The notes below the pieces were generated by a model. The model saw only the letters and a program-made list of their open reading frames with translations. It ran no database searches and had not been told where the DNA came from. 64,000 nucleotides of DNA from an uncultured SAR86 cluster bacterium (GTDB lineage Bacteria; Pseudomonadota; Gammaproteobacteria; Magnimaribacterales; D2472). Location: positions 6,684 to 70,683 of the forward strand of contig CAXYBK010000002.1 of NCBI GenBank assembly GCA_964275345.1, written 5' to 3'. This document shows, piece by piece, positions 21,017 to 31,092 of this stretch. Numbering within the stretch: the first letter of the stretch is position 1; each line of letters begins with the position of its first letter. Both the position numbers and the translations under genes were made by a program.

Positions 21017-21039
21017 CAGCAACTATTCAGTGGGAGTAG
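21017..21039 (+). repeat. attR-like displaced, degenerate guaA 3' end
   Basis: Translates as SATIQWE* versus guaA PATIEWE*. Confidence 0.85.
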
Positions 21040-21066
21040 TTTGTAAATCGTGGCATAATTTATTCA

Positions 21067-21627
21067 ATGAATAATAATTTTTATAAGACCTATTACGATG
21101 AATATTTTCGATTAATTTATTCTGATAATCTTGATGAAACTTTTGATGATTTTAAAAAACTTGCCGAAAGTGTTAAGAGTAATAAACATAAACTAATCTT
21201 TGCTGGAAATGGTGCTAGCGCATCCATATCAGCTCATGCTGCTGTAGATTTTACAAAACAGGCGGAGGTAAGATCTATAACATTTAATGAGGCTAACATA
21301 ATCACATGTTTCTCTAATGATTATGGTTACGATAAATGGATCGCAACAGCTTTAGATTTTTATGCAAATGATGGTGATGTACTCGTATTAATAAGCGTTA
21401 GTGGAGAATCTCCAAGTGTAATTGAAGCGGCAAAAAGAGCTAAAGAAATTGGGCTTAAGGTTGTAACTTTTTCTGGAAGAAATGCTAATAATAGTTTAAG
21501 AGCTCTTGGTGATGTTAATTTTTGGGTTGATAGTAATGCATATAACATTGTTGAATGTATTCATATGATGTGGATTACAACAGTCATCGACTCTGTCATT
21601 GGTAAATCTGAGTATGAAGTTTCATAG
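21067..21627 (+). CDS. SIS-domain phosphosugar isomerase (GmhA-like)
   Basis: AGNGASASISAH, NDYGY, ISVSGESPSV, VECIH; diverged from canonical GmhA GNGGSAADAQH. Confidence 0.8.
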   Translation: MNNNFYKTYYDEYFRLIYSDNLDETFDDFKKLAESVKSNKHKLIFAGNGASASISAHAAVDFTKQAEVRSITFNEANIITCFSNDYGYDKWIATALDFYANDGDVLVLISVSGESPSVIEAAKRAKEIGLKVVTFSGRNANNSLRALGDVNFWVDSNAYNIVECIHMMWITTVIDSVIGKSEYEVS

Positions 21628-21665
21628 GCTGATACAGAAGCGATATATTAATTAGGAGCAATATT

Positions 21666-22524
21666 TTGTCCAAATGGAATGACTTATCATGGGTTGAAGG
21701 TATTCGCACTCCAGGATTATCAATATTCTTTGAAAATATTTCTCTAGCAGGCTATCCAACTTTTTTAATTTTATTTATTTCTTTTGGCTATTTTTATTGG
21801 TCTCCATCAAGATTTTCTCGCAGTTGCCATGATGCTATTTATTTCAGGATTAATTAATGCTTTTTTAAAAGATTTTTTCCAAGACCCAAGACCTGCTATT
21901 GAATTAATGCTTGATCCAAAAGTGGGGACATCCTATGGCTGGCCTAGTGGTCATGCTCAAATAGCTGTTACTTTGTGGGGATTGATAGCATATGAATTAA
22001 AAGATAAATGGGTTTCTATAGGTGCAATTACTGTAATTTTTTTAATAGCTTTTAGTAGAATGTACTTGGGAGTTCATGATCTAGGAGATGTTGTTTCTGG
22101 ACTTCTTATTGGGGCGCTTATTCTTGCTATGTGGCATTTCGCAGTTATCTATAAAATATATGAGTCTTTAAGTAAGAATTCTTGGCTATTCCTAATTTTA
22201 TTATTCCAAGTATTTTTTTATATTTTTTATCCAGTCCACGAAGGCCATGAAGCAAGCGTTTGGTTTTTAGGTGTTATGACAGGATGGTTTGTAGGTCATT
22301 CAGAGATAAATTTATCTTCAGGGGGTATAAAGAAGATATTCTTGTCATTGGCAAGTTTAGTAATTGTTTTTTTTGGGATGGTTTTCATTACTCAATTTGA
22401 GTCAAGCATCCAATCAGAAGGACTACTAAGAATAATATACAGCTATTCACTGGGTATATTTTTCTCTATTTTAGTTACATGGATTATTCCACGGTTTTGG
22501 AGATCTCTAAAACTAGCTTCTTAA
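21666..22524 (+). CDS. PAP2 family membrane phosphatase, one-base frameshift near 21821
   Basis: AGGAG then TTG 21666; N-terminal ORF joins the frame carrying K..FQDPRP, PSGHAQ, SRMYLGVH...DV. Confidence 0.85.
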
Positions 22525-22539
22525 TAAAACATTCTTGCC

Positions 22540-23841
22540 TTATGGCAAAAATATGAATTTAGCTAAAAAAACAATAGTAAGAAACCAAGCGCCAGAAGAA
22601 ACATTTCTTAAATCACCTGTAGATATCTTCATGACTACATAGGATATAAAACCTAGAGCAATTCCATTAGCGATAGAGAATGTTAGTGGAATCATAATGA
22701 TGATTATTAGTGCAGGCAGAAGCTCAGTAAAGTTTGTCCAATCTAATTTTTCCATACCACTCAGCATTAATATAGCTACATAAATTAGGGCTCCAGCTGT
22801 AGCGTATGCTGGAACTATGGCTGCTAATGGAGAAAAGAAAATTGCTACTAAAAAGAATACGCCTACAAAAACAGCTGTCAAACCAGTCCTTCCGCCAGCT
22901 TCAACTCCAGCAGAACTTTCTACATAACTAGTTACTGGCGCACAGCCTAAAAAAGAACCAATAACACTTGAGCTACTGTCAGCTTTAAGAGCTCTTTCTA
23001 GATTTACAACCTCTCCAGATTCATCAATCAATTTTGCTCTTGTTGCCACACCCATAAGCGTGCCCGCAGTATCAAATAAATTAACAAAAAGAAAAGACAT
23101 AATGACACTTATCATTGCTAGATCTAAAGCACCCAAAATATCTAATTGCATAAATATTGGAGATATATCAGGAGGATAGGCTACGAAACCTTGAAACTGG
23201 ACAAGGTTTAATACTACGCCAAGAAGGGTTATTGAAAGAACTCCAATAATAATTGCTCCAGAGACATTTCTTACAGCTAAAATTGCAATTAAAAGAAATC
23301 CTAATCCAGATAACAATGTTTCAATTTCAAGGAAATTCCCAAGACTTAAAAAAGTAGCATTATTTGAAACTATGATGCCACCACTTTTTAAGCCTATAAA
23401 GCCTATAAAAAGCCCAACACCTGATCCCATAGCAATTCTAAGGTTGAGAGGAATACTATCTAACATCCACTTTCGTAATGGAGTAATGCTCATAATTACA
23501 AATAAAATACCTGCTAAAAATACTGCTCCTAGGGCAACTTCCCATGAATAACCCATTTCACCAACAACTGTATAGGTAAAAAATGCATTTAAACCCATTC
23601 CAGGCGCAAGTCCTACAGGCCAATTTGAGTAAATACCCATAGCAAAACATGCTATAGCAGCAGCAATGCAAGTCCCAACAAAACTTGCCCCTTGATCCAT
23701 ACCGCTTGAGGCCATCATCTGTGGATTAACAAAAATGATATATGCCATTGTTATAAAGGTAGTAAATCCTGCTAAAAACTCTTGTTTTATAGAAGTATTA
23801 TGAGATTCAAGATGAAAGATTTTTTCTAGCATTAATTTCAT
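22540..23841 (-). CDS. NCS2 family (AzgA/AdeP/GhxP-type) purine permease
   Basis: EFLAGFTTFITMAYIIFVNP, APGMGLNAFF, LFDTAGT, TSYVESSAGVEAGGRTGL. Confidence 0.93.
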   Translation of the reverse strand: MKLMLEKIFHLESHNTSIKQEFLAGFTTFITMAYIIFVNPQMMASSGMDQGASFVGTCIAAAIACFAMGIYSNWPVGLAPGMGLNAFFTYTVVGEMGYSWEVALGAVFLAGILFVIMSITPLRKWMLDSIPLNLRIAMGSGVGLFIGFIGLKSGGIIVSNNATFLSLGNFLEIETLLSGLGFLLIAILAVRNVSGAIIIGVLSITLLGVVLNLVQFQGFVAYPPDISPIFMQLDILGALDLAMISVIMSFLFVNLFDTAGTLMGVATRAKLIDESGEVVNLERALKADSSSSVIGSFLGCAPVTSYVESSAGVEAGGRTGLTAVFVGVFFLVAIFFSPLAAIVPAYATAGALIYVAILMLSGMEKLDWTNFTELLPALIIIIMIPLTFSIANGIALGFISYVVMKISTGDLRNVSSGAWFLTIVFLAKFIFLP

Positions 23842-23916
23842 GAATTATGATGTAAATATTTACAATACAATTTAAACTATAAATAGATCTACTACAAAAT
23901 AATTTTTTACTTTTTT

Positions 23917-23932
23917 TGGCATATATATTGCA
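23917..23932 (+). promoter_or_regulatory. Sigma54 (-24/-12) promoter for the TonB receptor
   Basis: TGGCATATATATTGCA, GG-N10-GC spacing, about 70 nt upstream of ATG 24003. Confidence 0.65.
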
Positions 23933-24002
23933 TAGATATTATTAATATTAACTTTTAATCGCACTGTTAAATTTAACCTGAATAAGTGCATGAGGAACAA
24001 CA

Positions 24003-26345
24003 ATGAAACCCTATCTTTTCTTTAATAAATTTTATATAACAGCATTTGCTCTTCTACTTAGTTTTAATCTAGTTGCGCAAGAAAACACTCTATTGATCGA
24101 AGAGGTTATCGTAACTGCAGAAAAGCGTAGTGAAAGCTTACAGGATATATCTCAAGCTATTACTGCTTTAAGTGGCTCTGATTTAGAAGAAAAAAATATC
24201 AATTCCTTTGTTGATCTGGGTTCAATCGTTCCTGGCGTAACAGTGGCTAAAAATGAAGGTTATAAAACAGTTATCTCGATTCGTGGCGTTGGTAACGAAA
24301 CAAATCAAAATGCTATTGCTGCACCATCTGTAGCATTTCATATGGATGGTATTTTTATAGCATCGCCTTTCTCATTACAGACAGATTTTATTGATATAGA
24401 TAGAATTGAAGTCCTTCGTGGCCCACAAGGCACACTTTTTGGGCAAAACTCAACTGGTGGAGCTGTTAATGTTATTAGCAAGAAACCATCAACAGATGAG
24501 TTTGCTGGTAAAGCTGATTTAACTTTGGGAAATTATGGCCTCAAAAAATATCGCACAAGCTTAAATATGCCTATAAGCGATAAGGTCGCTACAAGATTTT
24601 CAGTTTCATCTACTGAAAGAAATGGTTTTAGCAATAACGTCTATACAGGACAAGATTTAGATGATGCTAATAATATTAGTGTTAGAAGTGATTGGCTTTT
24701 TGATTTAAACGATACGTCTAGCTTAAGAGTTTTTGGTCAATACTTTGATGTAGACAGAAACGGTTCAGCAATGCGAGGCATTGATGATCCAACAGTTGGC
24801 AAGAGAAATTTATCACAAGATACAATTTCAGAGCATAGCCTTAGATCCTATGTTGTAGCAGGTATTTATGAATCTGATTTAGGTTATGCAAACCTCAAAG
24901 CAATGGCAAGTATTCAAGAAGATGATATTTCAGTTGTTAGAGATAATGACAGACATAATTATGGTGACCTTGTTAAGGTCATTCCTGGGTTGGGTGCAGA
25001 TGCAACTTACCAAAGGTCAGAATTTACTCCAGAAACCTCATTGGTTGAATCAAAAACATTTGAAATTAACCTAGTTTCTAACGAGCCTCTTTTTGGTTCT
25101 TTAGATTGGACTCTAGGTGCTTTTTATATGGAACATGATATCGAAAATCATATTCGAGGCTACAGAGATAATAATCTTGATGGCGAAATAATGTACGAAT
25201 GCAGCAGCCCTCTAGCTAACCCTGCAAACTGTTACGAACACGATTATGGTATTCCTGGGCGTTTTGATGTTTTTGGAGCAGAATGGGATTTTGTTACCGA
25301 TGCTTTTCCTAGTAGAGAGTCATATTCTGTCTATGCTCAAACAACTTATAGCTTTAGTGATGATGTTCGTTTAGTTTCTGGACTGCGTTATTCTGAGGAT
25401 ACTTTTGATACAGATGTTACCAACTTTTTTAACGTAGAAACTTTTCAAGCAGCTGGAACTGTAGACAAGGTTACAGGCAAAGTTCTTGGAGAAATTGATC
25501 TTGCAGATGACACTATGGCTTATGTTTCTTTCACTAGAGGATTTAAACCTGGCGGAAGTAATTTAACATTTGGATTTACTGAAGAAGAAGATGCTGCATC
25601 TGGAACGCCTTTAGCTCCTGCAATGGTATTTCCAACCTACGAAAGTGAAACTATTGAAGCTTTAGAGTTTGGATTAAAAACTGACTTGATGGATGGAAGG
25701 GCTAGAGCAAATATTGCCTTATTTACTTATGATTATAAAAATCTTCAATTTCAAGCAACAGATCCCGATCCTTATAGAGGTGGAGTAGCTAATATTCCAG
25801 AATCAGAAATGTCGGGATTAGAGATTGAGTTTACAGCATTAATTTCAGATTCTTTGAGTATGGATATTAATCTAGCTTTTCTTAATTCAGAGGTCACATC
25901 TGACTATCAGGTTCTAGATAACGTGGATGCATATCAATACTTTTTTGGACAAGAAGATTTACGTTACGGCCTTAGAGAAAATGTAAAAGGTAATGAACTA
26001 GCGAAAAGCCCAGATTTCACAGCTGATATCAACATGGTTTATGAAACAGAGTTGTCTTCAGGTAGATTACTAACTGCAATTCTTCAATATGTTCATAGAG
26101 GAGAATTCCAACAGCGGGTTTCTAATAATTCATTAGTTGATGCTATAGATGCATATGATCTTCTTAACGTAACAACAAGATTAGAATTTCTCAACGAGGA
26201 TTGGGGTGTAGACTTTAAATTACTTAATCTGACTGATGAAGATGGAGTGAATTCAAGTATGACTGATGTATTCGGAGTTGCTGCTACTGGTTTAGAGCTA
26301 ATACCTCCTCGTCAATTTATGGTTCGTTTAAGTAGAAATTTCTAA
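24003..26345 (+). CDS. TonB-dependent receptor
   Basis: Signal peptide, EEVIVTAEKR TonB box, RIEVLRGPQGTLFGQN plug motif, C-terminal Phe. Confidence 0.95.
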   Translation: MKPYLFFNKFYITAFALLLSFNLVAQENTLLIEEVIVTAEKRSESLQDISQAITALSGSDLEEKNINSFVDLGSIVPGVTVAKNEGYKTVISIRGVGNETNQNAIAAPSVAFHMDGIFIASPFSLQTDFIDIDRIEVLRGPQGTLFGQNSTGGAVNVISKKPSTDEFAGKADLTLGNYGLKKYRTSLNMPISDKVATRFSVSSTERNGFSNNVYTGQDLDDANNISVRSDWLFDLNDTSSLRVFGQYFDVDRNGSAMRGIDDPTVGKRNLSQDTISEHSLRSYVVAGIYESDLGYANLKAMASIQEDDISVVRDNDRHNYGDLVKVIPGLGADATYQRSEFTPETSLVESKTFEINLVSNEPLFGSLDWTLGAFYMEHDIENHIRGYRDNNLDGEIMYECSSPLANPANCYEHDYGIPGRFDVFGAEWDFVTDAFPSRESYSVYAQTTYSFSDDVRLVSGLRYSEDTFDTDVTNFFNVETFQAAGTVDKVTGKVLGEIDLADDTMAYVSFTRGFKPGGSNLTFGFTEEEDAASGTPLAPAMVFPTYESETIEALEFGLKTDLMDGRARANIALFTYDYKNLQFQATDPDPYRGGVANIPESEMSGLEIEFTALISDSLSMDINLAFLNSEVTSDYQVLDNVDAYQYFFGQEDLRYGLRENVKGNELAKSPDFTADINMVYETELSSGRLLTAILQYVHRGEFQQRVSNNSLVDAIDAYDLLNVTTRLEFLNEDWGVDFKLLNLTDEDGVNSSMTDVFGVAATGLELIPPRQFMVRLSRNF

Positions 26346-26374
26346 TAAGAATAACTTTTACCTCATACGAGTTA

Positions 26375-26416
26375 ATACGAGATTATGTTATTATCAACTT
26401 AATCTCGTATATTTTT
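26375..26416 (+). terminator. Stem-loop after the TonB receptor (terminator or mRNA-stabilising hairpin)
   Basis: ATACGAGATTA-N14-TAATCTCGTAT followed by ATTTTT. Confidence 0.55.
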
Positions 26417-26424
26417 AAAAACAC

Positions 26425-26994
26425 ATGGAAAAACAATTTATTCAAGCAAAAGAGCTTTTAAAAGACTCTTTTCAACTTGCCTGGAAAGTATACGAAAGTG
26501 GATATAGACCAAATTACATAATAGGAGTTTGGAGAGGTGGTGCACCTATTGGCATTGCTGTTCAAGAATTTCTAGATGTCTTAGGTGTTAAATCTGATCA
26601 CATAGCAATAAGAACTTCATATTACAATAATATTGGAAAACGTAATGATGAGGTTCAGATTTATGGACTAAATTACGTAATTAGAAAACTCGAATCAGAA
26701 GATTCATTACTAATTGTTGATGACGTGCATGACACAGGAATATCAATCCAAAAAATAATTTCAGACATCAAGGCGGCGTGCAAGAAGAATACTCCTGAAA
26801 TAAAAATTGCAACACCTTACTTTAAACCACTTAAAAATAAGACTGATAGAGAGCCTGATTACTACCTTCATGAAACTGATCAGTGGCTTGTTTTCCCTCA
26901 TGAGCTGCAAGGTTTAACTTTAGATGAGATTAAAGATAACAAACCCGAGCTTACTAGCTTGATTGATTCAATTACCCCTTTAATTGATAAATAA
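26425..26994 (+). CDS. Purine (hypoxanthine/xanthine/guanine) phosphoribosyltransferase family
   Basis: GVWRGG, LLIVDDVHDTG PRPP loop, WLVFPHE. Confidence 0.85.
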   Translation: MEKQFIQAKELLKDSFQLAWKVYESGYRPNYIIGVWRGGAPIGIAVQEFLDVLGVKSDHIAIRTSYYNNIGKRNDEVQIYGLNYVIRKLESEDSLLIVDDVHDTGISIQKIISDIKAACKKNTPEIKIATPYFKPLKNKTDREPDYYLHETDQWLVFPHELQGLTLDEIKDNKPELTSLIDSITPLIDK

Positions 26995-27037
26995 AGCATA
27001 TTTTAAATATATAAAAAAGTTTTAAAGGAAAATTAAT

Positions 27038-27913
27038 ATGTCCAAATTTACTGCAAAAACAGCTGTTATAAGTGGTGGTGCAGAAGGTATAGGTTTTTCT
27101 ATTGCTAAAGCGCTAGGCGATCAGAAGATGAACATTGTACTAACAGATATTAATGAAGAAAATCTTCAAAAAGCTTGTTTAGAACTTGAAGAAAATAAAG
27201 TTTCTGTATTGCCTGTTGTCCTCGATGTAGCCGAAGAAGACCAGTGGGAAGCAGTAGCACAAAAAGCATTAGCACGATTTGGAAAGATTCATATGGTGGT
27301 AAACAATGCTGGTGTTGGTGGAGAATCAGGCTCAATTGAAAGTCAAAATAAAAAAGGCTGGCAATGGGCGCTAGACGTTAACTTGATGGGAGTAGTCTAT
27401 GGAGCCAAAGTAATGGTTCCATTGATAAAACAACATGATGAAGGTGGATGGGTTGTAAATGTTGCTTCAATGGCAGGCATGGGAGGCGTTCCTTATAGTG
27501 GAGCCTATACTGCGACCAAAGCTGCCGTAGTAGCGTTATCGGAAAGTTGGGCTGGAGAGCTTGAAAGTACTGGTATAAATGTTTCAGTTTTATGCCCGGC
27601 TTTTGTTCAAACACGTATTTATGATTCTGAAAGAAATCGTCCAGCTCAGTACAAGTCTGATGCTATACATTCAGATAATAAAAATAGTTTTCTAAATCGC
27701 GCTAAAGAAATGGTAAAAAATGGGATTGAAGTTTCCATTGTTGGAAAAAGAGTTGTTGAAGCTTTAAATGATGGTGAGTTCTATATATTCACACATCCTA
27801 ACTACCATCCTATTTTAAAAAAACGCTCTACAGACATTGATGAAGCATTTAAAAAATCTTCAGAAAGTCCTCTCCTTCAGCATCTTATAAATCAAAAAAT
27901 AGACATGCTTTGA
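27038..27913 (+). CDS. SDR family oxidoreductase
   Basis: SGGAEGIG, NNAGV, YTATK. Confidence 0.92.
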   Translation: MSKFTAKTAVISGGAEGIGFSIAKALGDQKMNIVLTDINEENLQKACLELEENKVSVLPVVLDVAEEDQWEAVAQKALARFGKIHMVVNNAGVGGESGSIESQNKKGWQWALDVNLMGVVYGAKVMVPLIKQHDEGGWVVNVASMAGMGGVPYSGAYTATKAAVVALSESWAGELESTGINVSVLCPAFVQTRIYDSERNRPAQYKSDAIHSDNKNSFLNRAKEMVKNGIEVSIVGKRVVEALNDGEFYIFTHPNYHPILKKRSTDIDEAFKKSSESPLLQHLINQKIDML

Positions 27914-27937
27914 GCAAAATAACTCAGCTCATATCAA

Positions 27938-29176
27938 CTAAGATTTAGGCTGCATTAATAGATAAGCCGCAAAAGCACCTACAAATCCAAAACCAGATAT
28001 TATTAAATAGTAAATCTGATAACCAAGTACTCCAGGAAATTGCTCTAGAAGAGGCGCACTAATTAACGGGAGATAGAATTCTGGAAAGTAACCAATCATT
28101 GAGATAACGCCAATTGCTAACCCTTTAGATTTATTGGGAATATTGCAACCAGCTAATGTAGCCCAGTAGACACCTCTTACTCCATAAGTCAAAAATCCAA
28201 TCAACAATACAACAAGTATCATAGCTATAACTGATGAATTAGTAGGCAAAAATGCCATTATCCCAAGCGATAGAGATGCAGCTATTAAAAGTATGGAAAG
28301 AACTTTTTCTGGATTACTCCAATCGGCGATAAAACCAGCAGTAATTCCTCCAATAGGCCGCATCCACAACTTAGCAACCGTAATCGTTCCAACTGCAACT
28401 GCCGTTAAACCAAAATTTTGTTGAAGATAAGCTGAAAAAGAATAAGTTGCATAAAATAATTGATAGCCACAGACAATACAAATTGCACATAACCAGATTT
28501 CACGATGCTTTAAAATAGTTTTTAAATCTGCTACAAAATTACTATTTGTAATTTTTTTATCATTGTCATCAAAGTCATCAAGAAGCCAATAAACTAGTGG
28601 AGATACTACAAGCAAAACTCCTATATATAGATAAATAACCTGCTGTAATGCCATCCTTGTTGATTCAGATTCTTGACTGATTACATAGGCAAAAAGAGTT
28701 ATAGCAATAGTAGCTAAAATAGCCTCTACTAAACCTCGGCCTCCATCTAGAATTCCAAAGAATTTGCCTTGTTGATCTTTTTTTGCAAGCATTGCTACCA
28801 ACTTTATATGTGCAGACCAAAATGTAAGTCCAGTAGCAATACCCCAGGCTCCATAAATAACTAATAATGAAGCATACGAGGGCATTGTCGAAAACCAAAT
28901 ACCTATCAAAGCAGTTGCTAACAAAGAGTAGGCAAGTAATTTGCGCGATGAAAAGCGATCAGCTAGCCAACCACTTGGGATATAGCTAATCATAAAAATA
29001 AGACCAAGCATTGAGCTGCAATAACGTAACTGTGTCTGAGTTATCTCAAAAGATTCTAATATAGAAATCTCAAAGTTTTGTCTTAGATAAAGAAGTGGGT
29101 AGATGGCTCCAGCAGCAATAACAATAAGCGCGAGTTGACTATAACTTCGAAAAGCATCTGATTTAAATAATAGCAA
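27938..29176 (-). CDS. MFS transporter (YihN-like)
   Basis: GWLADRFSSRK motif A; about 12 TM segments. Confidence 0.9.
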   Translation of the reverse strand: MLLFKSDAFRSYSQLALIVIAAGAIYPLLYLRQNFEISILESFEITQTQLRYCSSMLGLIFMISYIPSGWLADRFSSRKLLAYSLLATALIGIWFSTMPSYASLLVIYGAWGIATGLTFWSAHIKLVAMLAKKDQQGKFFGILDGGRGLVEAILATIAITLFAYVISQESESTRMALQQVIYLYIGVLLVVSPLVYWLLDDFDDNDKKITNSNFVADLKTILKHREIWLCAICIVCGYQLFYATYSFSAYLQQNFGLTAVAVGTITVAKLWMRPIGGITAGFIADWSNPEKVLSILLIAASLSLGIMAFLPTNSSVIAMILVVLLIGFLTYGVRGVYWATLAGCNIPNKSKGLAIGVISMIGYFPEFYLPLISAPLLEQFPGVLGYQIYYLIISGFGFVGAFAAYLLMQPKS

Positions 29177-29313
29177 AGAAAATCCTTATTTAGATTTATT
29201 GAACTAGTGTAGCCTTATTAAAAGGCAACGCCAAAAATATGCTTAACTAAAATTTATCTTGCATTACCTTAGCTATTAATGAGGTATTATTAACAAAGAA
29301 ACATACATTTTTT

Positions 29314-29730
29314 ATGGAGAAAGTTATGGTAGCAAGAATATTATCCGGTCTAGTTGGTGCAGTAATGCTTATTTCAGCTATAAATTGGATTATTGATCCA
29401 GTTGCAGCTGCAGCAGGCTTAGAAATTAAAGAAAGTTTAAAGGCTGTTGGTGGTGAAACTTTATTAGGAAAAAATACATTAATAGGCGATTTCACTTCTT
29501 TCTTTTTTACAGCTGGTATTTTGTCTTGTATTGGCTCTTATAAAAATGAACATGAATGGCTATATGGACCCTTAGTTCTATTAGGCTCAGCCGCTATATT
29601 TAGATTAATTGCAGGGGTTATGCACGGTACCGAAATTTTGGTTTCTGCAATAATATCAGAAGTACTTATTGCAATCATGCTTATTATTAGCATCAATTTA
29701 ATGAAAAAATCTAAGAAAGAGTTAAATTAA
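29314..29730 (+). CDS. Hypothetical membrane protein
   Basis: Four hydrophobic segments, DP..AAAGL. Confidence 0.7.
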   Translation: MEKVMVARILSGLVGAVMLISAINWIIDPVAAAAGLEIKESLKAVGGETLLGKNTLIGDFTSFFFTAGILSCIGSYKNEHEWLYGPLVLLGSAAIFRLIAGVMHGTEILVSAIISEVLIAIMLIISINLMKKSKKELN

Positions 29731-29778
29731 AGTCAGGTATTAAATACTGGGCTTATATTGGAACAAGATAGGCTTAAT

Positions 29779-31011
29779 ATGATTAATAAAAAATTTGATA
29801 TTATTATTCTCGGCGCAGGTGCAGCTGGCTTAATGGCGGCATTGACTGCAGCGCAAAGAAATAAAAGTGTTTTAATCTTAGAAAAATCTAATAAAGCTGG
29901 AAAGAAGATTTTAATGTCTGGTGGCGGCCGTTCAAATTTTACAAATCTGTATGTTGAAGCAGAAAATTTTCTTTCAAATAATCCACATTTTTGTAAATCA
30001 GCTCTTACAAGGTACACACCTGATGATTTTATAAATCTAGTTAAGAAGCACAGAATAGATTTTGAAGAAAAGAAACATCATCAATTATTTTGTATTAATT
30101 CATCAAAAGATATTCTTAATATGCTTTTAGAAGAGTGTACTGATTTAGGCGTAGAGATTCATATGGATGTAGAAACTGAAAAAGTAGAAAAGCTGCATGA
30201 AGAGGGCGATAAGACTTTATACGAAGTGACCTCAATTTTTAATAGCAAAACATCCTCAGATAAAACATTGCTTAATTGCAAATCTCTTATTGTCGCAACT
30301 GGGGCACTATCAATACCAACTCTAGGAGGTAGCGGTTTTGGATATGAATTGGCTAAGGACTTTGAATTACCATTAGTGCCAAGGCGAGCAAGCTTAGTTC
30401 CGTTTATGTTTTCTGATGAGATTAAAGACCTATGCGAAAGACTAACAGGTCTATCTGCACCAGTAGATATTATGAGCAATAATATTCATTTTGTAGAATC
30501 AATGTTATTTACTCACAGAGGATTAAGTGGGCCTGCAATTCTCCAAATTTCAAATTATTGGAACCCTGGAGATACTATTACGATTAACCTATTGCCAGAA
30601 ATTGATGCTGCTATGATGCTAGTAAATAAAAAAGAAGAGCAGCCTAAAACTTCAATTAAAAAGCATTTAAGTGACTTATTGCCAAAGGCTCTAGTGCTCG
30701 AGTTAGAAGAAATGTCCTGGCCTGACTGTAAAGATCAAATGCTTGCCGAGATTAGCAATGAGAGGATTCAAAATATTGGTAATTTTCTAAATGCATGGAT
30801 TTTAAAGCCAGCAACGACAGAGGGATATCGAACAGCTGAGGTAACACTTGGTGGAGTTGATACAGATGTAATTAATTCAAAAACAATGGAAACTAAAGAT
30901 CACTCTGGATTATTTTTTATAGGTGAGGTTCTGGATGTAACAGGTCATTTAGGAGGCTATAACTTTCAATGGGCTTGGGCCTCAGGTTATAGTGCAGGGC
31001 AAGTGGCATAA
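29779..31011 (+). CDS. BaiN/HI0933 family flavoprotein
   Basis: GAGAAG, GKKILMSGGGRSNFTN, LFTHRGLSGP, AEVTLGGV, GGYNFQWAW. Confidence 0.93.
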   Translation: MINKKFDIIILGAGAAGLMAALTAAQRNKSVLILEKSNKAGKKILMSGGGRSNFTNLYVEAENFLSNNPHFCKSALTRYTPDDFINLVKKHRIDFEEKKHHQLFCINSSKDILNMLLEECTDLGVEIHMDVETEKVEKLHEEGDKTLYEVTSIFNSKTSSDKTLLNCKSLIVATGALSIPTLGGSGFGYELAKDFELPLVPRRASLVPFMFSDEIKDLCERLTGLSAPVDIMSNNIHFVESMLFTHRGLSGPAILQISNYWNPGDTITINLLPEIDAAMMLVNKKEEQPKTSIKKHLSDLLPKALVLELEEMSWPDCKDQMLAEISNERIQNIGNFLNAWILKPATTEGYRTAEVTLGGVDTDVINSKTMETKDHSGLFFIGEVLDVTGHLGGYNFQWAWASGYSAGQVA

Positions 31012-31056
31012 AAGTTAGTTTTTTTAATTATTTCTAATAATAAAAAATAATATTAC

Positions 31057-31085
31057 TTGAAAAAAATTACTATAAGGCTCACAAT
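31057..31085 (+). promoter_or_regulatory. Sigma70-type promoter for the RAPP leader ORF
   Basis: TTGAAA-17 nt-CACAAT; the ORF-track TTG start coincides with the -35 box. Confidence 0.5.
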
Positions 31086-31092
31086 TCTTTCT

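Larger units (their letters stand above)
15866..21039. mobile_element. Integrase-less tandem genomic island(s) inserted at the guaA 3' end
   Basis: Flanked by direct repeats CAGCCACTATTGAGTGGGAGTA (15866-15887) and CAGCAACTATTCAGTGGGAGTA (21017-21038), 20/22 identical; third core copy at 17550-17567; cargo 16030-19920 visibly richer in G+C than the flanks. Confidence 0.85.

Noticed and set aside
23842-24002. Purine riboswitch between permease and receptor; small hairpin GCACT-GTTAA/TTAAC-AGTGC at 23961-23989
   Set aside because: No purine aptamer consensus recognised and the space is short and AT-rich; the hairpin is weak and its spacing does not fit an NtrC box
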